This document shows, piece after piece, positions 10,601 to 16,903 of a DNA stretch of 64,000 nt (its first letter is position 1; the number at the start of each line of letters is the position of its first letter). The stretch covers positions 896,001 to 960,000 of the forward strand of contig CBDHHL010000056.1 of assembly GCA_965263355.1 (NCBI GenBank). The letters are read 5' to 3'. The position numbers and the translations under genes are program-made. Below the pieces are notes generated by a model. That model was not told where the DNA came from. It saw nothing but the letters and a program-made list of their open reading frames with translations, and made no database searches. This DNA is from Leptolyngbyaceae cyanobacterium. GTDB lineage: Bacteria; Cyanobacteriota; Cyanobacteriia; Phormidesmidales; Phormidesmidaceae.

Positions 10601-13485
10601 TAGAGAGCAGGCGCAATTGTCTGGGTTTGACGTCCACCACCATAGGTTTTGAGGGCGGGGCGAGAATGGTCGGTGGGTAATTCGAGGACCGGTACACCAT
10701 GGGCGAATTGACTGACCCAATACTCTCGACTGCGGGCCATGGATTCGGTTTGGGACTGGGCGGTCTGGGCCTGAATATACTCAGAAAACTGCATCACAGG
10801 CGGCAGCGCTGGAGTTTCACCCTGCAGTGTGGACCGATACAGACTGCACAGCTCTTGTAGCAGCAGACCAATGGACCAACCATCCAAGACGATGTGGTGA
10901 CCACTGAGGACTAAGATATGGTGGTCTTCCGCCAGTTTCAACCCATAGACACGAAACAGGGGGCCTTGAGGCAAGTCATAGGGGGTGGCACTATCCTGAC
11001 GATACCAGGTGGCCAACTGGGCGGCTTGAGCATCCGTAGACAGGCCGCTAAAGTCAACCAGTGCCATGGTTACCGGTTGCGATGGTTCAATCTGTTGTGT
11101 TCGGGTATCAGTATGGATAACCGTGCGCAGGGCATCGTGGCGATGGTACAAGATGGCTAAACACTGATTGAGGCAGTCAATATCTAGTCGTCCTTTGAGG
11201 CGAAGACTGAGACTCATGCCATAGGCCAGGGCACCTTCTTCACTGAGTTCTGACAAGACGGCCAACTGTTGCTGCGCCTCAGTCAGGGGCAACGATACCA
11301 CTGCAGACGATCCCGAAGATGGTTGACTATCACCCAACGCCTCTGACGCTCTCAATGACGCAAGGGTTGTTAAAAAACCTGCCTGTTTTAGTTCAGCAAT
11401 ACTTTCCTGAACCGCTTGAAACACATATTCAATATCTTCATCCGTATGGGCTGTGGAGATAAAACAACTCCGCCCCTCCCAAACATAAACACCTTTATGG
11501 ATCAGGTGATAATAGAACAAATCTGGATTTTGCTTAATGATGAACCGGAAAAGTGAACCAAAGTGAACAACGTCAATCGGGACCTGATGCTCAGCACATA
11601 ATCTATTCAACCGATTGACCAACTGTTCAGTGCGCTGGTTGAGTTCACTCTGTAGGTCCGGTCCGGCGTCTTGCAAATGCTTTAACACTGCTCGCGAAGC
11701 CGCCAACCCTAATGCATGTTTGTTGAAGGTTCCCCTGAAGAATGTGCGGAGTGCTTTCGGGTAAGAATCATCGCCATAGTCCCAAGTGCCCCCATCAATG
11801 GCGTCCATAAACCGGGATTTGCCAGCGATCGCAGCACCTGGCAAGCCCCCAACTAGAACTTTGCCATAGGTGGCGATGTCCGCCTGGACACCGAAATAGG
11901 CCTGGGCACCACCAGGATGAATGCGAAACCCTGTGACAATCTCATCAAAAATAAGTGCAATTCCACAGTCCTGGGTAAGTTGACGCAAATCATGTAGAAA
12001 CTGCCGTGGTTGCAATGCTGGATTTAGCCCCTGCACAGGTTCCACTAACACAGCCGCCAATTCAGCGTGATGGTCACGTATTTCTGCCAATGCCGATTTA
12101 TCAGCATACTCCAGCACCAAAACATTACGCACCGCATCTGGGTCAATCCCCTGGGCAATGGGGATGGTGTCTGATGTATTCTCCAGGCGCTGTGCTAGAA
12201 CACCGTCAGAATGCCCGTGGTATGCATTGCGAAAAACAGCTATTTTTTGACGACCGGTGGCAGTGCGAGCTAAACGGACGGCCACCATAACAGATTCCGT
12301 CCCTGACTGGCAGAAGGTAGCGCGTTCGGCTCCCACTAACTCACATAGACGCTGCGATACCTCTTGAGCCAACTGGGCTTGAGGACCAACGGAAATACCT
12401 AGCTTGGCCTGGGACTCGACGGCCTCGTTAATAAAAGGAACATTATGGCCAAAGAGGTGAACCCCAAATCCCATGGCCAAGTCCACATATTTATTGCCAT
12501 CTAAATCCCAGAAGTTAGCGGCTTGATAGCGTTGAGCCACAATGGGATACACCATGTCTTTAGTAGACAGTCGGAGTGATGATTGACCCGCTTGTTTGAA
12601 ATTACCCAGAACAATATGCCGACCTTTCTGAGTTGTTAAGCGAAACCCAGCTGCGGATCGGGAATCCGCTAGCACAGGTCGCGACAGTTGTGCCTGCTGC
12701 CGAGATTTTTGAGTGCGCTGAGTATACTGAGCAACAAAGGTATTGAAATAGGCTTGCTGAGTTGGATTTAAGTCTAAGGGAGGTTGGGAGGCAGCTACTT
12801 TTGAGGTATGCCCCCTTGCGGGTACAGATTGTTCAGTAACTGGGCTTTCGGGTGAGGTCTTTTGCCCATTTTGTAACAAACTACTGACGCCTGACTGCTT
12901 TCCTGAGGCGTTAATACCAGTTTCCCTGGCCTGACTTTTCAACGCCTCAAGTTGTTCAGCCATAAGCTGAGACATGGCTTGAAGCTGTTGATTCATGATG
13001 CGTTCTAGCGAGGTCTGGGAGATCTGAGTCAATCTCGTTGACCGTTCGCCACTCCCTGGGTGAATGTCCTTAACTGGATTAGCTCCGGGGACAACATTTT
13101 CTGGGGACGGCAGCGGGACAGATGGGTTCGATAGATCTGGGTGGTCAGTGGAGGAAAAAGTCTCTGGTGCCTGGGCATCATGGGGAGATTTCTCTGCGAG
13201 ATAGGATGCGATCGCATCCAGAGTCGTCAATTCCCCAAACAGCTGATGAAGCGATAGCCTAACCCCAAACGTCTGATCGATCTGGTTAACAGCTTCCGTA
13301 AACATTAACGAATCCGCCCCCATTTCTAGGAGAGGTGTTTGCAGATCTATTTCACCTACAGGCAGTTGCAGAATCCTACCAACAAGAGTGCGCAGGCTTT
13401 CAATCACCTGCTCTTTCCGCTGGTGATGTCCATTCTGGGACCCAGACTGTTCAATGTGATGGGGGGATAATCCGTTTTGGGTCAT
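1624..13485 (-). CDS. Hybrid PKS/NRPS: ACP - class III aminotransferase - C-A-PCP - C-A-PCP - C-A-PCP (no TE)
   Basis: ACP MGADSL; aminotransferase FDEIVTGFR and TYGK (PLP Lys); three C domains (HHIVLDG, HHIIADG, HHAIFDG); three A domains (YTSGSTG/FTSGSTG, YGPxE/YGATE, GKVDR); three PCPs (GGHSL). No GxSxG thioesterase at the C-terminus. Confidence 0.96.
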   Translation of the reverse strand: MTQNGLSPHHIEQSGSQNGHHQRKEQVIESLRTLVGRILQLPVGEIDLQTPLLEMGADSLMFTEAVNQIDQTFGVRLSLHQLFGELTTLDAIASYLAEKSPHDAQAPETFSSTDHPDLSNPSVPLPSPENVVPGANPVKDIHPGSGERSTRLTQISQTSLERIMNQQLQAMSQLMAEQLEALKSQARETGINASGKQSGVSSLLQNGQKTSPESPVTEQSVPARGHTSKVAASQPPLDLNPTQQAYFNTFVAQYTQRTQKSRQQAQLSRPVLADSRSAAGFRLTTQKGRHIVLGNFKQAGQSSLRLSTKDMVYPIVAQRYQAANFWDLDGNKYVDLAMGFGVHLFGHNVPFINEAVESQAKLGISVGPQAQLAQEVSQRLCELVGAERATFCQSGTESVMVAVRLARTATGRQKIAVFRNAYHGHSDGVLAQRLENTSDTIPIAQGIDPDAVRNVLVLEYADKSALAEIRDHHAELAAVLVEPVQGLNPALQPRQFLHDLRQLTQDCGIALIFDEIVTGFRIHPGGAQAYFGVQADIATYGKVLVGGLPGAAIAGKSRFMDAIDGGTWDYGDDSYPKALRTFFRGTFNKHALGLAASRAVLKHLQDAGPDLQSELNQRTEQLVNRLNRLCAEHQVPIDVVHFGSLFRFIIKQNPDLFYYHLIHKGVYVWEGRSCFISTAHTDEDIEYVFQAVQESIAELKQAGFLTTLASLRASEALGDSQPSSGSSAVVSLPLTEAQQQLAVLSELSEEGALAYGMSLSLRLKGRLDIDCLNQCLAILYHRHDALRTVIHTDTRTQQIEPSQPVTMALVDFSGLSTDAQAAQLATWYRQDSATPYDLPQGPLFRVYGLKLAEDHHILVLSGHHIVLDGWSIGLLLQELCSLYRSTLQGETPALPPVMQFSEYIQAQTAQSQTESMARSREYWVSQFAHGVPVLELPTDHSRPALKTYGGGRQTQTIAPALYGPLQQLARQQNCTLFMVLLAVYLLLLHRLSGQTEIIVGVPSSGRSMPDSGGMVGYGAHLLPIYSHYRADESFGEYLARVRYTLISAYEHQQYPFAELLSQLQLPPDLSRTPLVSATFNLEAPVQLAPLPELTAELSARPIHYAPYELHCNLIDLGDRLVLDGDYNSDLYEGTTLERWLDHFQTLLRGVVSQPTASISRLPILTAEERHQLLEGWNDTTVDYGPEHCVHRLMEAQVERSPDAVAVVFEAESLTYRQLNERANQLARYLQNQGVKPESRVGICVDRSLEMVVGVLGILKAGGAYVPLDPNYPNERLSHMLQDSGVELLLTQQSLLQSLPSSTVSTICLDTQWPLMSVESTDNVTSAVQADNLLYVIYTSGSTGVPKGIALAHRALTNLIHWHLQTMDVGVGILQFASLSFDASFHEMFAAWCSGGTLFLIPEDHRLDLDKLVHFLAENPIQKAILPVVLWQKLAEVYGDRPLLFSKLTEAIATGEQLQVTPQMIDLFSQLDHCVFHNHYGPSETHVVTSYILPESPAQWSSNPPIGYPIANTQIYLLDSQQQPVPIGVAGELHIGGVSLARGYLNRPKLTNEKFISNPFGPGRLYKTGDLARYLQDGNIEYLGRIDHQVKLRGFRIELGEIEAALSHHPEVNQVVVIAREDQPGDKRLVAYIVNSDTQLEPVDLRQLLKTKLPDYMIPSAFVQLAALPLTPNGKVDRKALPAPDPNLNSIETLVTPQSPSQELIADLFSSILKVHPVGIHQSFFELGGHSLLATQLISRLRQTFELEIPLRILFEAPTIFELDQCVQQLRQENSGLTLPKVTPLPREGQHLPLSWAQERLWFLNQLEEGTAATYNMPAALHLTGSLNVDALEQAFKTLVERHEILRTRFPAVAGLPVQEIVPNQTVAVKREEWFALNSDEWQKHIQRAIQEEARAPFDLAAGPLLRVKLLQHSTEEALLLVTLHHIIADGWSISVLIREVATAYQAVLAGQDLGIAPLPVQYGDYVLWQQLWLQGNVLEQQLAYWRKQLASPPNLLQLPTDYPRPALQSHQGACQDFHFSAQLTQQLEKLSQSSGVTLFMTLLAGFGTLLYRYSGQSDILIGSPIANRNRAEIEPLIGFFTNTLVLRLQLENDLSFAEVLRQVREITLDSYAHQEAPFEQIVEALQPERSLSHAPLFQVMFVFQNTPEEVLELPGLALTSLAPDTLTTKFDLTLSMQLTESGLVGSWEYSTDLFEAKTIARLSGHLQQLLESVVAAPEMSVSRLPLLTPQERNQLLVEWNDTTVEYPHTQCIHQLFETQVKKTPDAVAVTLGSQHLTYRELNQRANQLAHYLKQLGVKPETLVGLYLERSLDMMVGLLGILKAGGAYVPLDPNYPKQRLLYMLQDAAAPVLLTQETLMAGLPSHDSQVVCLGRDESKIAACSTEPVACDVHPDNLAYVIYTSGSTGQPKGVEINHQGLTNYLYWCVTTYFNSKGIGALVHSSIGFDATITGLFSPLLVGQTVFLLSADSDIEALATALQSSERLSLVKLTPAHLKLLAFLLPAEKLAHQTQAFVIGGEALTNDIISPWLTHAPETRLINEYGPTETVVGCCTYDVSPNDHLTTSIPIGRPIANTQLYILDAQLQPVPIGVVGELYIGGDGVARGYRNRPELTAQKFIPNPFGSGRLYKTGDLTRYLVDGKIEFLGRLDHQVKIRGFRIELGEIESILSSHPKVQQVIVIARDDNQADPQLVAYVVSQDNQLTSGELRDFLTGQLPTYMLPSAFVQLETLPLTPNGKVDRKALPVPTFEPNLDGDFMAPRTPTEESIATIFASVLGLDSISIHSSFFELGGHSLLATQAIAKLRDTFQLELPLRELFEAPTVAELDQRIQQALTGQSRRAIAPMTAVPRDADIPLPLSWSQERLWFLEQLDGSNAAYSIPVALKITGQIDIVALESALSGVIARHESLRTTFPMVEGKPIQAIAPISDLSIPIEDLSNSSAEQHPEILQQSINAEAQAPFSLAKGPLLRLRLLRLTPQSNVLLLTLHHAIFDGWSSEILIREFVTLYGAYQQRQISPLVPLVNQYADYAYWQRHVLSDTLDSQLSYWKQHLSGDLPVLRLPTDSTNLKKINNEGARCSCLLSVSLSQKLKALSQRENVTLFMALLAAFNLLLSRQTDQTDIIIGTPIAGRQHPGTTDLIGFFINTLPIRVDLSGITTFQDLLSHVREVTLAAYSNQDVPFEQLVKILQPERSLERHPIFDVMLNLMQPTATALEMEGLEFEMLEMPELESKFWITLYVYEPRDDESTGLTLELVYRRSLFSAERMEIFLDQFKALLEQIVLLPDQPIQNYSLLTPKTKSLLPDPVLPLEEPQFSPITDLIRSWSNQQPEHIAITQAEQSWTYQQLFNYAEHVAENLIKAGVKTGDVVAVYGNRCFELIVHIVGILLSGSVLLTLDPNLPTQRLQLMVQAANVGYLIALDSESPKDWLSASIKLLAGSDIKPVDKRSPQENHSVDDIHRSLPHVHGEQPAYIFFTSGSTGMPKGVMGSHKGIAHFVDWQRETFQVGPGDRVAQLIRLSFDALLRDIFLPLTSGATLCLPPDDEVSSEHLLRWLENEKISVIHTVPTVAQYWISNAPNDVTLSTLRATFFSGEPLTDTLIGQWKQAFPGSGKLINLYGATETTMVKSYYPIPEQVRPGIQSVGWPLPQTQNLVLRAVNQPCGIGEIGEIVVRTPFRTFGYINTSATSNPCFVPNPFRSDQEDLLYYTGDQGRYLPDGSLEVLDRLDGQLKIRGTRVQPGEIESRLHQHPDVGQTVIVGRINPDGNQVLVAYIVPKTPQGIDRDQLNTYLLKQLPAHLIPSVYMELTSLPLTASGKVDRNALPDPEFTIRRPLSVPPRNPTEISLANIMGDILKQDSIDIHDSFFALGGHSLQATQVVARISQTFGLELSLRTFFESPTVAALAQIVADHQQGKKNTESTTSNLIPKRRRRKIQRSADGTLIVPDNLKEELWGKDKP

Positions 13486-13574
13486 ACCTGCAAACTCTCC
13501 TGTTGTAGCCCAGTAGCGTCTTTTTATATAGCTGTCGCAGTATTTTAATTGTCAGGCCATAGAACTCCGAAAAT

Positions 13575-13607
13575 ATTAAAGCAGCAAAAAGTAAAAAATT
13601 GGTAAAA
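13575..13607 (-). promoter_or_regulatory. 33-bp element upstream of the NRPS, also present upstream of the FAAL-PKS (26678-26710)
   Basis: attaaagcagcaaaaagtaaaaaattggtaaaa vs attaaagcagtgaaaagtaaaaaactggtaaaa: 30/33 identical, same orientation, both intergenic and upstream of minus-strand biosynthetic genes. Confidence 0.6.
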
Positions 13608-13671
13608 CTCGACCATTGGCTAATACTTGTGTCAGTAAATACATGTTTCAAAAACTACAAAAGGGCAAACA

Positions 13672-16600
13672 CTAATTGTGCATAGACGGGCGGAGTGGAG
13701 ATGAAGTAGGTGGAAACGATTCAGATGTGGGAAATGCGGGCGATTCTTCGGAACTGTCCTGATATACAGATTGACTTTTCAATACATCTAACTGTTGAGA
13801 TATAAGCTGGGACATTGTCTGGATTTGCTGATTAATCAAGCGTTCCAGTGGGGTTTCTAACGCTTGATCTGGTGGGGCTATCCAACCGTTATTGCTTAAG
13901 CCAACACTCTCTGTCAGTTGTAGCTCACCAATTGAATTCTCCTGAGGGAGTTTGGACGTATCCTCTTGAGGGATTGTCTGACCGCTGATGGAGGATGGGG
14001 ACGAAACTGTAGTTTCTGGAGATTGCTCAGATTGATTTAGGGCTCCATTTGCTGGTACTGCGTCGACTGATTCTGGCAGGTCAAACCAGTAAGGCTTCCT
14101 TTGAAAAGGATATGTGGGCAGAGTAACTTGATTGCGTTGGGGATAGTCTCGCTCAAAGCTTACCCAATCAATGGTAAATCCCTTCAAGTACAACTCACTC
14201 AAACTCGTGAGCATCTGTTGCCAATCGCTATATCCAGGCCTCAGAGAAGGTAGCCATGTGCCTTTATCTACTGACAGACATTGCCGTCCCATGCCTAACA
14301 ACGTTGGCTTTGGGCCACATTCAACCAAAACCTCACAGCCTTCCTGGGATAGCGTTTCCATCCCAGCTGCAAAGTTAACGGGGGCAAGAATGTGACGACA
14401 CCAATACTCAGGGGTAGCAATTTCGCTGGTAATTGCCTGACCAGTCACACAGGAAATTAACTTGGTCTGGGGCAAGCTGTAGGTTACTTGTCGAGCTACA
14501 GCTTCAAAATTCGCCAGCATCGGTTGCATTAGAACAGAATGAAATGCATGGGACACTTGTAGATATTTAGTTGTAATCCCATCCCCTTCCAGCTGAGTCA
14601 CAACCGTCTGAACAGCAAAGTCAGAGCCCGCAATAACAGTACTGGCCGGACCATTGATGGCGGCCACTGAAACCTGATGAGACACCCCTTGACCATCAAT
14701 CACTGATTTGGCCTGCTCGACAGAGCATCTCAAGGAGACCATCACTCCCCCAGCCGGTAGGGCCTGCATTAATCGAGCCCGCTCCGTGACTAACTTGAGA
14801 CCATCTTCCAGACTAAACACCCCAGCTACACAAGCGGCCACATATTCTCCTAAACTATGCCCCATGACGACCTTGGGTTTAATTCCCCAGGCAATCCAAA
14901 GTTGGGCTAGGGCATATTCCAAAGCGAAAAGAGCCGACTGAACATCAGTTGCCTGATCCAGCCCTTTAACTTCGCTGTCTGATGGTTCAATCTCCGAGTT
15001 AGGATACAAAATCTCGATCAGGGGCTGTTTCAGCTCAGAGCGCAAAATAGCATCACAGTTATCCAGAATCTCTCGAAATAAAGGTTGGGTTTCGTAGAGT
15101 TGACGCCCCATATTAACGGAGTGGTCTCCCTGGCCACTAAAGAGAAAAGCTACTTTAGGGAAGAGCCCTGGTGTTGCAACATTAAACTTTGGCTCTAATT
15201 CCAATGCTTCAGAAGTGGTTAAAAGGTCTAGCTGAGCCCCTAAATCACTCAAATTTGAGGCAATCAGAGCAAATCGATATTTAAATGGAGTACGACCTGT
15301 GTTGGCGCTATAACAAATGTCAGCCAGATCACTATCCTGACAATGTTCCAGGTGCTGACGATAGCGATTAGCCAATGCTTTCAAGGCAGCTTCACTCTTA
15401 GCAGACAGTGTCAGAAGATGTAGAGAGCGCTCAGGCAGAGCACTGGATTCTGGGGAGGGCGATGTGTTGACTGATTGAGGCGCTTCCTGCACGATAACGT
15501 GGGCGTTAGTACCGGTAGCACCAAAGGAATTCACGACGCCTATGCGACTACCGGACTGCACTTCCCAAGGAACAACCGTATCGGGAACAACAACAGAAAC
15601 ATCCTGCCAATTGAAATGTTCTGTAGGTGTCTTTAGATGAAGATGAGGGGCAATCTCACGGTGTTGCAACTGCAATATCACCCGCATGACCCCAGCTACC
15701 CCTGCGGCTGATTCCACATGGCTAATATTGGTTTTGGCGGAGCTAATGTAGAGGGGGCTCTCAGGAGAATGACCGGGCCCATACACTTTTGCCAAGGACC
15801 GTAATTCGATGGGGTCTCCCAGGGGCGTACCGGTACCATGGGCCTCGACATAGCTAATGTCCGCTGGGTCAAGCTTAGCCTGCTTTAGGGCTTGACGCAT
15901 CACGGCCTGTTGTGAAATACCGCTGGGTACAGTCAGACCGCTACTTGGACCATCTTGATTAACCGCAGAACCACGGATAGTAGCCAGAATACGGTCACCA
16001 TTGGCTTGGGCATCGGAAAGCCGCTTCAGCACCAAAATTCCACAGCCTTCACCTCGACCAATGCCATCCGCAACCGCATCAAAGGTTTTACAACGCCCGT
16101 CAAAAGACAGCATTTTAGCTTTAGATGTGGCAATCATGCTATCGGGCAACAAGATCAGATTCACCCCTCCTGCCAGGGCCATTTCGCATTCCTGTTGTCG
16201 CAAGCTCTGGCAGGCCTGATGAATGGCGACCAAAGATGATGAACAAGCTGTATCAATGGCCATGGCAGGCCCCGTAAAACCAAAGGTATAGGAAATACGA
16301 CCAGCGGCGGCATAGGAGGGAGAGCCAGTAACACCATGAATTTCAAACTGGGGATTGGCAACACTTGGAGATTGGGTCTGCAGTTCCGCTTGAGCCTGTT
16401 TACCAATAAGACCATAGTCATCAAGGGTGATGCCCACAAAGACACCTGTGGAACTTCCCTGATCGCGCTCTACCGGATAGCCTGCATTTTCTAGTGCCTC
16501 CCACGCCACCTCCAGCAACAGACGATGCTGTGGATCAATACTGACAGCTTCACGGGGAGAGATGCCAAAAAATTGAGGGTCAAACTGCTCAACCTGCTCT

Positions 16601-16902
16601 AGAAAACCACCGCTGCGGCTGTACATTTTGCCCGGCACGTCGGGATCGGGATCGTAGTATTTATCAATGTCCCATCGAGTCGCAGGAATTTCAGTAACCC
16701 CATCTCCCCCTTGGCGCAATAGTTGCCAAAACGATGCCGGATTGTCTACACCACCTGGAAAACGGCAACCCATACCAACAATGGCAATGGGCTCACGTTT
16801 GGCGTACTGTAGACGCTCAATCTTAGCTTCTAGGGTCTCAATTAATAAAAATGAGCGCTGTAGAGGAGAGAGCTGTTCGGCCTGCACAGAATCGTTTGCC
16901 AT
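13672..16902 (-). CDS. Type I PKS, KS-AT didomain (malonyl-type); its ACP lies on the next gene
   Basis: N-terminal docking helix LSPLQRS...EPIAIVG; KS DTACSSS, HGTGT, NISH; AT GHSLGE and [12 protein letters not shown] post-AT linker. No GxDS ACP motif. Confidence 0.95.
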   Translation of the reverse strand: MANDSVQAEQLSPLQRSFLLIETLEAKIERLQYAKREPIAIVGMGCRFPGGVDNPASFWQLLRQGGDGVTEIPATRWDIDKYYDPDPDVPGKMYSRSGGFLEQVEQFDPQFFGISPREAVSIDPQHRLLLEVAWEALENAGYPVERDQGSSTGVFVGITLDDYGLIGKQAQAELQTQSPSVANPQFEIHGVTGSPSYAAAGRISYTFGFTGPAMAIDTACSSSLVAIHQACQSLRQQECEMALAGGVNLILLPDSMIATSKAKMLSFDGRCKTFDAVADGIGRGEGCGILVLKRLSDAQANGDRILATIRGSAVNQDGPSSGLTVPSGISQQAVMRQALKQAKLDPADISYVEAHGTGTPLGDPIELRSLAKVYGPGHSPESPLYISSAKTNISHVESAAGVAGVMRVILQLQHREIAPHLHLKTPTEHFNWQDVSVVVPDTVVPWEVQSGSRIGVVNSFGATGTNAHVIVQEAPQSVNTSPSPESSALPERSLHLLTLSAKSEAALKALANRYRQHLEHCQDSDLADICYSANTGRTPFKYRFALIASNLSDLGAQLDLLTTSEALELEPKFNVATPGLFPKVAFLFSGQGDHSVNMGRQLYETQPLFREILDNCDAILRSELKQPLIEILYPNSEIEPSDSEVKGLDQATDVQSALFALEYALAQLWIAWGIKPKVVMGHSLGEYVAACVAGVFSLEDGLKLVTERARLMQALPAGGVMVSLRCSVEQAKSVIDGQGVSHQVSVAAINGPASTVIAGSDFAVQTVVTQLEGDGITTKYLQVSHAFHSVLMQPMLANFEAVARQVTYSLPQTKLISCVTGQAITSEIATPEYWCRHILAPVNFAAGMETLSQEGCEVLVECGPKPTLLGMGRQCLSVDKGTWLPSLRPGYSDWQQMLTSLSELYLKGFTIDWVSFERDYPQRNQVTLPTYPFQRKPYWFDLPESVDAVPANGALNQSEQSPETTVSSPSSISGQTIPQEDTSKLPQENSIGELQLTESVGLSNNGWIAPPDQALETPLERLINQQIQTMSQLISQQLDVLKSQSVYQDSSEESPAFPTSESFPPTSSPLRPSMHN

Positions 16903-16903
16903 G

